A stretch of DNA of 64,000 nucleotides, from NCBI GenBank assembly GCA_047495785.1, contig JBLDXI010000033.1, forward strand, positions 1,426,001 through 1,490,000, read 5' to 3'. Of this stretch, positions 12,653 to 25,139 are shown piece after piece; positions within the stretch are counted from its first letter, which is position 1; the number at the start of each line of letters is the position of its first letter. The position numbers were made by a program, and so were the translations under genes. Origin of the DNA: Lepidodermella squamata (Eukaryota; Animalia; Gastrotricha). A model generated the notes under the pieces. That model worked only from the letters and a program-made list of their open reading frames with translations, ran no database searches and was not told where the DNA came from.

Positions 12653-13045
12653 TTATACTGATTGCTCCTGTTCACTAGGCCGCGAATCTTCGGCGACTTC
12701 AGTCGGAGGATCTTCAGCCTTTGGAGCTGGCTCATTAACTGCTGCCATTTGCGTAGACGCCGCGCTTCTCTGAGGTCTCTGAGCCGGAACTTTCGTATAG
12801 AGAGCGCCACCAATCGGCTTTTTCCGAATTTTTTCTATCGCTTTCACCGCTGCGATAAAAATGACGACGCAAGCTACGGCGATGCCCATGCCGAGAGTTA
12901 CGCCGAACCAGTCCACATTATTCTGTTTGGCCCACCACGCAGGGTCCTGGTTCGATGATGATTGAGTTGTAGAGCTAAGGGAGCAGTCGGGCGCCGTTGA
13001 TCCATTGGCACATGGCTGCTGCCTCCTAATCCTCAACAAATCCAT
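12653..13045 (-). CDS. Small single-pass membrane protein, paralog 3 of a tandem triplet
   Basis: Same motif set; ATG at 13045 (MDLLRIRRQQPC). Confidence 0.85.
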   Translation of the reverse strand: MDLLRIRRQQPCANGSTAPDCSLSSTTQSSSNQDPAWWAKQNNVDWFGVTLGMGIAVACVVIFIAAVKAIEKIRKKPIGGALYTKVPAQRPQRSAASTQMAAVNEPAPKAEDPPTEVAEDSRPSEQEQSV

Positions 13046-13538
13046 GAAAATTCTAAACAATTTGACCTACTTAGTAGGCTATCAATTAAAATATTGGGGA
13101 AATTGTAAAAAATGAGAGGAAGATGCATCAGAACCATCAGCTAATTTGTCTAATTGGTTATAGGCACGCAATTCCTATATTCCTAATACATTCCTGATAC
13201 AGGTGAACTATCGCAAAAAATTCAAATATCCCATCGCTAAATGTTCCTTATTACACTGGACAATACGCTATAATTGTATCCAGCATGTGCGGTTATAACG
13301 TAATAGAAAAAGTAAATGTATATACATACTCATGTACACAGGTAATGGCGTGCGTCAAGCGTATAGGTTTTACCAAACATGTAATTGCAACAGCGACGCG
13401 AGTTGTTGTGTGTACTGGGAAGCGTTCAAAAACACCACATTCGTATTATTTATTACTCTCATAATATTATACTAGTGGCACCCGGGTACGGTTACTTTGA
13501 CCTGTGAGTGTTAGCCACAAACAACGCACGTAATAAAA

Positions 13539-16500
13539 CTAGGATGTTATGCATTGAGGAGCGATGCAAGGTCGCTGGATCTGAATGCTGCGACGGCGTT
13601 CACTCGATTCATCATTCGCGGCTTTACTCGAGTCGTTGTTGCTGTGCTTCCTGTGTACAGGCACGTGGTGGTCGTTAGGGTAGAAGCTAGATTCAATCGT
13701 GTGAATCGCTTCCATAGCTGGTTCGTTAGACCCGATTCGGAAATTCACCCGATTCTTACTTCGCGACCTTTGACTTCCATTGCCCTGGCTGTAAATTCCA
13801 CTGACGCGGCTACTAGCACCATCGCGGTCTCTATGCAATTTTAAAACTTTCACATTAGTGCCGAGAACTGCGTTCTGAATGAAATCAATGTGAAGATTCG
13901 TAGGGGACCCATGTGACCCAGCTCCTGTCCTTGAGGTTGTAGTCGAAACGTGGGTTGAAACGCTTGAAGCTCTCTGCTGGAAAAAACGATGCAAAAATTG
14001 ATAAAAAATCATGAAAAATATTACAAGAACCCTATCTTCAGCTTTCCGTTCCTCGGCGTCAGTTACAGTAGCCGAGTCTCGTAAACTTGTCGTAATTTGT
14101 TGTAGCATTTGTCTGTTGATCGATTCCATGGCGTAAACCGTCCCATCAGCTGACTGATTTCCTTTTATCTGAATAAAAAATCGAAGAGTTTCAAGTGATT
14201 TTCGGGTGATTTTATCCTTACCGTAGGAATTTCAATAGGCTTCTGGCTGAAATGCTCTTTCAGCTCGCTTAGAAATAAAAGCTCGGAAATTCGCGAAGTC
14301 CAAACGATTTTCTATTAAATTATAAATACAATGATGAAAAAGAAGAAAAGAATATTAAACTAACCCCAACTAAAGGTGAATTCATCGCCATGCTACAGGC
14401 AATTTTTATTGCCTCGCCACTGGCATAAAATCGAGGAGGTTCGATTTCAGTCCAAACGGAACTCTCAAGTGGGCCAACGTCCAAAGCTTGAAAACCAAAA
14501 TGGTAAAGTATTATAGGAAAAATGTGTTTAAAATTCCTAACCGATTTTAACAGGCAGTTTACTAGCCGCCGATTTCGTGCCCAACATCTGAAGACCATCA
14601 ACAATTTCACAAGCTAGCTGAACCGCCAAATGGGCTGGGAAATGAAACGCAGCCGGCGGTCCGACGATCACTACATAACAGCCGCTTGTGAACACCGTGC
14701 TAAGTTTCATCGCGCAATTAGAGTATTTGATCAGTAAAAGATCAAGCTGAGCGTTCAGGTTGTTCATCGCCGATACAACATCCTGAGGGGTGATATTTCG
14801 CTGCTCCAACATTGATGAGTCATCGGCGAAACAGCAAATAACAGCCGCTCGTTGGGAAAGGTTCAATTGATAGTCCTCGAGGCTACATTCAGGCGTGATC
14901 AAATTCAGCGGCATCATTTCCTCAATGAGGGCTAGTCGTTTTGAACGATAAGCATTGGCTTCTTTCAGCAAAAGGTTCAGCTGAGAGCTCATAATGAATT
15001 CCTGATGAAAAAGTTGAATTTTCCGAATTTTTTTTAACCAATTTTTCGATTTACCGAATCATGAAGGTTTTCATCTCGAGCCTTTTTCTTCTCTTTGATG
15101 CCACGATGGCTCAACAGATCGCGGCTTGTATCAGCTTTTGACAGGTCACTTGTATTAAGACCGACCTTTTTCAAATCTTGCAAGTTGTTTATGCTGTAAA
15201 ATCCAAATTTTTAAGGCGGAATTTTCAAATTATTTCCTCACATTGGCATAGCCATGAAAATGACGCAATCAAACTCCTTGAAATAAACCATTTCGCCCCG
15301 AAGTCGAAGAGGCATTAGCGTCTGGTCTTCCTCGTCGTTCAAATCAGCTGCCGTTATTGTTTCAACAGGTTTCAGGGACACCACTTCAAAGGCATTGCAC
15401 CGAAAATTCAAAATCTGAGTGATTAGTTTTGAGTGATTAGTTATTTCAGGATGGTCATAAAAATCGGCTTACATTATCCCACGTAAGTTCAATTTCCGGC
15501 CGGATCAGTTCGAAAATAACGCTGAAATCCTCGCCGACAATGCTAGGCAGTGTCGCTTTCAGCCCGGCTCCGATCGACAGAATTTCGAGATCGCGATTAA
15601 ACGCGACATAGAAAGGATTCGTATCCATGAGCACATCGGCGCGCAAAAAACGACCCTTGACATCATCTACGCAAGTCTGAAAGATCAATTCAACAGTAAT
15701 CCTATGAGAATATATGAATAGATTAATACCTCGATAAAGTACATGTCTTTATCGAACTCTTTCATGTTATCGAATTCGAGTTTAAACAAGGTGGTCACTC
15801 GACTAGTCGCATCACGGCCGGCAGTTTCGCCGTGCGACATGACCGAAACTGTCATTTGGATATTGAAGTAAGCCTTAGCCACTTCCTGTATTTCGAAATA
15901 ATAATTAGAACGAAGGGAAAAATGCGAAAAAAAACCTTCAGTTGCCCGATCACGTAGCCGTCAAACCCGCCTCGAGGTGACCTATAACTGATCAACATGC
16001 CATCGGGGTCTTCTTGAAGTATAGCAAACGATGGAGGCCGCATTTTTGGGTACGTCAGTCTGAAGTACTCGTGGACGTTGTCCAGACTAATGATAAAATG
16101 GCGCAGAGATCGGCCGATGGTTTGCAGCACCTTGTCGTAGCCACCCTGGCGGCAGAATTGAACGAAAGCCTGGCCGAAACGTTCGAGAACCACGTCGACG
16201 GGAACTTTAGTCAGCCGCGCTGTTGCGATGGCCAGACGGGATAATAACTAATGAAAAATATTCATCCCCTGGAAACTCAAAAATTGAAAGCAAAAATACT
16301 TTATCGCTATATAGTTGGTGATAAGCGAAAGCAGATCGGCTAGTTGTAGAGCTTGGACTAGTCGGCAATTCGAAATCTGGACCATCAGCCGAACTTTGAG
16401 TGTTGACAACACTGGCTACGGCAGGGTCAAAAGTAACAGCATGAAGCACATCGCTTCGACTTTCAGCCAGGTTCAAAATTTCCCGCGCCATTTCGACGCC

Positions 16501-16551
16501 GAACATTTGCTTCAAGCATTCGAAAGCAGAATGCAGCAATATTCCGTACAT
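13539..16551 (-). CDS. Atypical soluble guanylate cyclase-like protein (H-NOX, PAS/HNOBA, coiled coil, degenerate cyclase homology domain); about 11 exons
   Basis: MYGILL start, LDNVHEYF (proximal His), YRSPR (YxSxR heme motif), PFYVAFNRDL and LRLRGEM (HNOBA), then cyclase-like VKIALDVGP...PRF...IKG. In-frame exons 16551-16300, 16247-15936, 15885-15730, 15676-15473, 15414-15242, 15193-15055, 15001-14542, 14486-14365, 14311-14222 and 14168 onward. Confidence 0.88.
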
Positions 16552-19500
16552 TATTTTCTATAATATTGAAAATTGCTACTCGTCCGCGGTTAAATAGGCG
16601 GAATGACGAAGGTAGTGTCCCTTTTCCTACGATTTTTCTGATTTTTTGTGGCTTCTCATTCAGAACAATTTTCGCCAAGCCGCTTATCGAAGCTTAATTC
16701 TAGATAGTCGACCTAGATTTCGAAGACCTATTTTTGTCATTTCAAATCTTTTCAAATCGATACACGATGTTTTGACCTCCTATATTATGTAGCACCAGCG
16801 TGGTGCTTTTTCCCCATGACAGGTATAATTTCGACAAAAACAATAATAATATAATGTCGACGACGGGTGTGTGTGTATAACAATATTTTCGGTTGTTTTA
16901 CAATGGTAAGCATGTAAATTAGGCAACCAGGAAAAACAATCGGTATTTACCGGGCGCACTTGTTTATCATCCTGTAAAAGAATAACACTCGGACAAACAA
17001 AAACACACATCAGTCAATTAGCCTGTCGCAGAAAAAAATCGTCGCCGTTTTTCTACGCTGTATTGCAAATGTAATAAAAACGTATATGAATTTGAAAGAA
17101 CAGGCGATTCTCGTTCGTCGCGCCGTCCATCCATTGTCCAGTCTCTACATCATGTAGACAGACAGAGATATCGGCGAAGAATCGTCGAGATGTGCGCGCG
17201 ATTAAACTGCGACAGATAGGCGCCTTTATTTATTTGTCTCATCGCCGCGCAAACAACACGGCGCGCGTGATTTTTGTTTGCCCGATCCACACATATTATA
17301 TATATCCCCGTTACTGGAATAATCAATCAGCGCGCAGGGCAATTAATATAATAGTAATAAAATTACAATTAAGGTAAAACGGCTAACATTTTGTTATAAA
17401 ACACAATTTATTCGTATGCTATATACCAATTTCGGACAGCTGAATTTTTATTGAAATCTTACCGAGATTTTTTAGCAACTTTTTTTCTTACCTCTCGCGA
17501 TCGCCTGGCCTGTTATTATTTACGTTGTATTTTTGGGTCTGCACCTGTTCAGGGCTGTTGTTTGTTAATGATGAAAATGGCGCGATATTATTGTGTTGTT
17601 TAAGGTGGAGCGCACACACCTTGACTCGTCGCGCGCTTTTGTTTTTTCCCGCTCTTTTTGCGCGCATCGACACGCGGTATATATTATTGTTAAATAAAAT
17701 GCTGATGCTCACTTGTCAAGCAATTACATTACCGCGCTTGCGAAAAATAATGGCCCTCGCGCCTATCTGATGCTGTGACCCGAAAAACACGGGCTCACTT
17801 TTTGTAGTATTTATTTTTCTGCTGGCAGTAGGTGACACGAGGCGAAACGAGTCGAACGTATATATCGTAGGAGTCGAGTCGCAGAAAATTGCGCCGTGTT
17901 TACGCGCTAATAGCATTTTTGCAGGCCCCAAGTTTTTGGGTGTTTATTATTTACGCGGCGCCAGCAGTCGGTATGATGTCGTCGTTCCGGTCGGCTTGAA
18001 TCAGGGCGCACTCGTGCCTACTTAGCGTTGTCATTTCCTGTGTTACAGCGCGAGCGCGCGTATTTTGAGTCGCATTATTTTTATACAATATATAATGTTA
18101 AAGGGCTCGCGCGCAAAAATAATGAAAGGCAATTTGTGCCGCGCACACACGCGCGCAAACCACGCCTATTTCGGTGTTTTTAACCGCGCGGGTACTTGGC
18201 GTGCGCGGAAATGTACCTGCCTCTCGTCATATAAACAGCGCGCAGCAAAAGACGTTATTGTTGTTCGTTATTATTATTGTTATTGTTGGTAATAACAGTA
18301 TGTAGTATGTTGCAGCATCGGAGTGCAAAAAGACACCACCGTGGACCGCGCCCATGCTGTCACGCGGGTCGACGTGATGCGAGGCGGGCCGCGCGCGCGG
18401 TGCCACTTATAGAAAACATGAGTATACACAAAAGGCATATACGCGGGTAGCATTTAGCGCAAAAACTACGCGGAGACCGCACAGCAATGAGTCGTCGCCG
18501 TCAGGTAACAATGCGCCTTGTTTGCCATTGATCATTTGTGTGTCCACGTTGGCACTTGCGCCGCGACGGCGGGTCACTTTTACGGGCCGCCCGCCCACAT
18601 CAGCAGCCTGGAGTCTGCTCATCAGCGCTGTTTTATTACTGCGCTGGAGTCAAGAGCCGGTGTCTTGTACCGTGTATTTTTCTTCAACGAAACGACTTAT
18701 TATCTAAACGCGTGCGCGATTATTTGGCCAAACACGCAGCCGAGCGACTGCTGACGACTGGTCAATATAGTAATAATAGGCGCATGATGGCCATGGCTGG
18801 GCAGTATAGTGGCCTAATTCAACGCGCGCGTTTCTTTATGTTTTGTCATTAAGCAAAATAAAGCGCTGTGGCCCACGATCGCCACTTGACGAGATTGCAA
18901 GAGTTATAGGATCCGTCCTACCTACCCACCCGCCGTTATAATATCTATACCTACTACGTATTTGCCGTTTCTTTAACGTGAGCGCGCGCTTTTAGCGCTT
19001 AATAACACGGCCGCCCGAGTGGCGCCGCTGCCACGAGAGCGATGAGGCACGACGCAATAATATCACAATAATATTGCTAATAGCGGCGCGCTCACTGGAT
19101 TTACGTTGTTAGAAGCAGCCTTGATATTACACAATCACAGCGCAAAAAAATACGCGCAAGTGGAGCGCGACCCTGGTCAGCATTTCACCGATTGTAGATT
19201 TTGTATCTTATAACACTGCGCCATTACACGAGTGGCCTCTCGTTAGCATTCGTATTAAACACCGCACCTCCCACCCTCGGTTTTTTTGTGTCGCCGGTCA
19301 TGCCCCCGCCCCCGAAAAACACGCCCGAAAACATCATAACACCTCCGACGTGCTGCCATCCGTCGGTCACGCTGCGTCCGGATTAGGCACCGCGACTCGT
19401 CGACGCGGCTATTTTGTTGCATTTTTCGCGTTCGCAAAAACAACTCCCTTAATATATGCGCACTTTTTTCTGGCCCGCCTCGCCAGTCGGTTCTTTTTTT

Positions 19501-19600
19501 CTCCCAGGCGCACACCTCTTACTATGCCTTATATGTATATTTTCCCATGATTTTTCTAGACGCACTTAATCGATAAGTTGTCGCGATAACCGCCTAGCAA

Positions 19601-22600
19601 ATGCATTCGATTGTCGTCTGCTTATTGCTGACGGCAACAGCAGACGTCGTATTTACGGAAGGTTTGTTAACATTTAATTCATTAATTTCATTCGGGTAGC
19701 TTTTCAATCGTTCACGCCTTCTAGGTATTAATTTTCGAGAATTTTCCTTCCTTGGTTTATAGGTTGGAGATAAATTTCTTTCACTAAATTTTGTGAACGG
19801 TTAGGAAGCGTTCGGTTTTCAGTTTTTTCGATAATTTTTTACTCATCGTTATGATCTACTATATAAGTCGCTTCAATAGCCATAGTGACGAAGCATAATA
19901 GGAAGCGAAGTGCCGCGCCGGCCGTGTCCGAATTCGACGGCTACTCGCTGGCGGCCGGCAACTGCCCCGGCGGCGAGATAGACCAGTTCGGCGTGCACTC
20001 GCGCGAGGCGTGCGCCGCGCGCTGTTCAATCATCGACGAGTGCCGCGCGTTCACGATTAGCAACGAGCGCATGACCGACGCGCAGTACCTGTGCCTCATC
20101 AAGTCGGCCGTTTGCCGCACGCCCGTGCCGTCGAACGGCTTCACGTTCCACTACAAGCTCGGCCCGTCCCCGCCCTTACCTGTTGAGCTAGAACCTGCTG
20201 ACTCATCACTGCGGCTCGTTGTCTCCCATGACGAGCCGGCGGCGCCCGTTCGAGCAACATCACTTACTAATAAAGCAGGTTATTAACGCTCACCTACCCT
20301 ACCATACCCTGACCCGTGTCGCTACTCGCTCTCCTCTTGTCTCTGCCTGTATTAACAGTTGTTGTGGGGTGTCCGCAGTCTTCTCTCTTCACACTGAAAT
20401 TTTCAACTCACAAACTCTGCTTTTAACATCAACCGCAAATCTGTTATTAATCGAGCTCATTTTTCGCAACATCAAAAAACGATAGGTTTAACGATATTCA
20501 CCTCGGACACCCCATGCTTGTTACCCAACCCAACGCTATAGGCTTCGACTAAATGTTTTTCACAGGTGATGTTGTGGGTCGTCGCGTCAATCGGCAGTCA
20601 GCCAATCAGCGAAATTTTCGATGTCGTCGGGGTGTCCTCTATAATTATTATATAAGATAAACGCTTAAACTTGTAATTTTTCTGATTTTTTTCCACAGAA
20701 AATTATTGCGTTATTTAAGAGGATTCTTTTGTATTTATTTTATAGTATACAATTACGGCGCCAACTATCCAGTGGGAGCAGCGTGGAGTCCTTGGGCGGG
20801 AGGTATGCCAAACGTACCCCCAGTTCCGAACGTGCCCAACGTACCGCCGGTCGGTAATTCTTGGAACTACGTCCCATCTTGGAGCTCGTGGACACCCAGC
20901 AGCTGGACGCCCCAGGCATGGAGCCCAGCCGCATGGGCGTACTGGGGCAACTGGGCGCCGAGCTGGTCGACCTGGGCGCCTCCGCCCGCGACCTGGGCAA
21001 CTTGGGCACCCACCGTCACATGGGCGCCCTGGTACCCGCCAGCGACGTGGGCCCCGTGGTACCCGCCCGCCACCACATGGGCGCCGCCGACCTGGACACC
21101 CTCTCCATGGAGCCCAGCCACCTGGGCTCCAACTTCTTGGTCGCCAGCTTCCTGGTCACCGTCACCCACCAGCAATTTCGGTACGAAAAACTTGAATTGA
21201 CCCAACTGACGTCACGTGACGTGTTTTCTTTTCGCTCTAGAATTTCCTGGATTTAAAAACACTGGTGGCCATTGCTATGGCAACAACTTATTCACAGCGC
21301 AGTACCCGACGCCGCAACAGTGCGCCGACGAGTGCGCGCGAAATGCCGCCTGCACTGGCTTTTCGATCGACGTCCACGAACTGACTGCGCCTTTCGATTG
21401 CGTCTTCAAAAACGGCGACTGCCCCTCGCCGCAGCCGGACGCGCGTTGGCGGTACTACCGGAAAGGTACGGTTATTCGTTTTCATCGGTTTTTTAGATGA
21501 TTGATGAAATGATTTAACAAAGTAACAGTTGTAACAGCCCCAGTAGTAGATTAATTTTTCTCGTGACTGTGACTATTTACTCTGTCTCTGTCTGACTGTT
21601 CTAATAACAGCTAACCCATCTGTCCCTACGTGGACCCCTACTTGGTCAACAACGCCTTGGACAACTTGGTACCCGAGTACGTCGTGGACAACGTGGTTCA
21701 CGCCCCCGCCGACGTGGACCACCTGGACTACTCCACAGCCGTGGACAACATGTAAACACGCGTTAACCCCAGCTCGCTTGCATTTTTATTAGATTTTTTT
21801 TTGAAAAAAAAACAACACATAGTAACGCGCAATTAAAAACGATGATTCATCATCATCGTGAGAGCTTGCAAAATTTTGCGATTTTTTTGTCTATCGTTTT
21901 TTTTCTAAAATTTGCATTGTTGTTGTTGTTGAAATTACCACCCCGGTCTCGGTAAACAGCAAGCTGGACGCCGTGCTCTCGCCCTCCCGCGTCCACGTCG
22001 ACTCCGTGGCGTTCGCCATGCTCGGCTGGTTCCTCGTGGGTTGCCCCACCGGTAGCGTGGACTGCGCCTCCGGCTACGTGGACTCCCCCTCCAGTAGCGT
22101 GGACCGCGCCTCCAGTTGCGTGGACTCCCCCACCAGTTGCGTGGACTGCGCCTCCAGTAGCATGGACTCCGCCTCCGGTTGCGTGGACAGCGCCACCGGT
22201 CGCCCCACAAGTCATCGTTCCACCAGTCACTTCTTGGATTCCCGCATCGAGTATTCACTGAACTTTGTTTAAACAACCCTTAAACAACGCGTTCCCCTCG
22301 CATACTAGTATAGATTAAATTAATCTAAAACCCCCTCGCGTTTTATTTATCGAGAATAAGCCCGTTTTACTCACGTTTCAACTGTTTGACTAACAGGATT
22401 GTTTTCGCTTTTTCATGCTTATAACTAAGACATGTTATAATGACCAAGTGAGTAATTTCAACTTTTTTAATTCGCTTCGATAACAGGTTACCAGCCTAAC
22501 TACCCTACCACCCCGTACCCGTTGCCTTCGTGGACCCCCAGCAGTTGGTACCCAACAGTGCCGGCGACAACGGGCGGTCTCGCGCAGTTCACCCGCTTGG

Positions 22601-23779
22601 CCGGCAATTGCGGCGGCAACTTCATCGGCGGAATTAGGTCACTCAGCCTCGACCAGTGTGCCCAGGAGTGCCTCAACACCCAGGGCTGCCAGGGCTTCTC
22701 ATTCTGCATGCAGACGACCTACCCGCAGTGCATCCTCAAGTCGGCTGGGTGCCAGTTCCCCGATCCGGCCGGCGTGTTCACCTTCTACCAACGCGGCGGT
22801 TATGGAAGCCCTGTCGGCGCGATCAATACCAACCCGCCTTCGAATCCTTGGTGGACAGCCGGGGTTAGGCCGTTTAAGAAATGTGAGTCATTTAATTTCA
22901 TTTTTTTCGGGTAATTTTTTCATTTTTTCCAGTGGCCCGTAACCGTTATTACGAACTTCCATTCCATTGCTCGGGCCCGATTCTTCAGGGCCCGGAGAAC
23001 TGGGACTTGGACACGTGTGCTGAGAAGTGTCTGAACGATTACAAGTGCACCGGTTTCTCATTCGACGTCACGCTCAAAGTTGAACCATTCGCGTGTATCC
23101 TAAGAACCGGCGTTTGCCAGGCCATGGCGATCAGCAGCCGATGGGCCTACTACGAACGGGCGGATGTTAAAGGCCCTAAACAAGTCACGTCACAGGTGCC
23201 AGGCGCCGACGACGGTAAAGAAGCTGTAGATCAAATCATTACCAAAACAACTGTCTCGGTTGAAACGAATGCTCAACAACACCAGTCTAGCAGCCATTCC
23301 GCTACGGATAGTCAAAACGAACGACAACCTCTTCCAACTCCTACCTCTCAAAAACCAGCGTTCACAATTTCGAAAAACATCGAGGAGAGAACAATCTACA
23401 ACATCGAAAACATCGACTGTGAGAAAAAATTTTAAGGACGATTTTTTGAATTACAGATTATTTTATAGTGACAAGCCGTTTCGAGCAGTTGAATGGTAAC
23501 TGCCCGGGCAACGTGCTGGGCGACGAGCAAGACCTGACGGTTGCCGAGTGCGCGAAAGCGTGCCTGCAAACGCCGGGCTGTGCCGGATTCACGTTCAACG
23601 TGCAGCGGCAGACGCGGCCATTCCAGTGCGTTATGAAGTCGCAAGGCTGTGCAGATCCGGCCGGCGTTAACGGCCAGTGGCGATTTTTCTCGCGGCGATC
23701 ATCACTGGTGCAACACGACGCCCTCGAAACCGAAGCGCCCGTAGTGTCAACGCACTCGACCCAGTCGAGGCGGAAATGA
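19601..23779 (+). CDS. Secreted protein A with five PAN/apple-like Cys domains and Trp/Pro/Thr-rich linkers; join(19601..19661,19886..20278,20746..21180,21241..21465,21611..21751,21960..22251,22487..22882,22933..23418,23469..23779)
   Basis: Signal-peptide exon MHSIVVCLLLTATADVVFTE; repeated 6-Cys module G(N/H)CxG..CAxxC.....CxGF(S/T)...CxLKxxxC; all eight introns are GT-AG and phase 1. Confidence 0.8.
22044..22204 (+). repeat. 21-bp coding tandem repeat encoding (A/P)PPVAWT, about 7-8 units
   Basis: CCNCCNGTNGCGTGGACN units recur inside exon 21960..22251 with synonymous variation. Confidence 0.85.
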
Positions 23780-25139
23780 TCCGCGGCTTGTGTGTGTGTT
23801 TTTTTTATACCCACCCCATCCTCTCATCAAGTCCTGTTTGTATAAATAAGTTTTTACCGCTACCAATTTTTGGTGTCAAAAATTTACACAGATTTCGCGC
23901 GTGCTATTTGCCTTGTCCATGAAAAAAAATGATCAATCAAAAGAATCTACTCTAGCCTTTTTCACCCTAACTGAAAGAATTTTATTGTAAATTGTTGAAT
24001 TTGTGAGAGAAATGTACAGCGGTTGATCGATGATGCGGCTCCAACAGAAAAAAAGTGTTTGAAAAATATTACGCAAAATCTGGAAGTAACAGTGTTGGGC
24101 AAAACCAGACGAAATCTTGTCGATGATAAGACGGAGGCTTATACTTGATCTATTTCGAAAGTTGTTGTGTGTGTAAATAAAAATTCCAATCTCTTCTCGC
24201 TCTCAATCTCATTGCGATTGGTTGTCCTATCATCGAGTGCGACTTTGACAATGATGTGCCTAAAAAAATTTGCAGCTTGATACGTTTATATTCTTTCTCT
24301 CGCATATGCATATAATTATTTAATACTGACAAAGTTATATGATTATATAAAAAATGATGAACAATAAAGTTCTTGTTAAAATCGAAATATTGCCCGAAAC
24401 GGATTCGGTTAATTAAGGACTTCTTGAATTTCCGAAACCACATCATCGCGTGCGGCCCTGTAATTTACAAACCTTTCGACTTGAGTGTTAGCGCTGAAGT
24501 CAAATTTTACCCTCTGATTGCGCGAAATTAAGCGGCGTCCGGGATTGAGCAGAATTCCACAGCCTGAAAATTACCATCATATCAAAGACTTGTTGGTCGG
24601 TTGTCCAGTACACTTACTTTTTCGCACAGAATGCAATGGGTAAAATGAACCTTTTGGGCTTATTGGCCAAAAATTGAAGTTTTCACACTATTTCAGCGCT
24701 GCACCAACCAAAGATGGGGCAAATTTGCTATTAAAAAGTTGTTTTTGAAGAGCACGCGATTTTTTTTTATACAAGCGACTCTACAAAGCAACGCCTTAGC
24801 TCGAACCGGTGGCTCAACCGAATAAATTGGGGCTGTTCTTCGCTTAGTTCGGCTCCCAAAGAAGCTTTTATTTGTTCCCTTTTAAAATGTTTCCAAGTTC
24901 AAAAAGAAATTAGGCAGATAAAAAATAAATTTTTAAAACAGATTGATAAAAGGGGTAACTGATGAAGCAAATAATTACCAGTGAGAGATCGATATGGCAA
25001 AACGCTCATGCTGGCACGCGCAAAAAAACACGCGACCACCTCACGCGTAACAGTGTAACATATTTCGGAAATACGACTCATCAATATCTAAATCGCGATA
25101 TTGAGTCTTTACGGACGAGAATCTTGCGTCTTTGTGGCG

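Noticed and set aside
16780-19550. Many short ORFs in the long intergenic region
   Set aside because: No coherent splice pattern or protein motifs; treated as non-coding.
20740-22276. Antisense and alternate-frame ORFs over the W/P-rich exons (for example the GGAVHAT repeat ORF); likewise over 49746-51151 and 52987-55091
   Set aside because: Shadows of GC-rich repetitive coding sequence; the plus-strand spliced models explain them.
24505-24525. TTTACCCTCTGATTG as the left partner of the AGAGGG-TTAA end at 34380, which would define a 10-kb composite element
   Set aside because: The match is short and imperfect, lacks TTAA and lacks the subterminal repeats.
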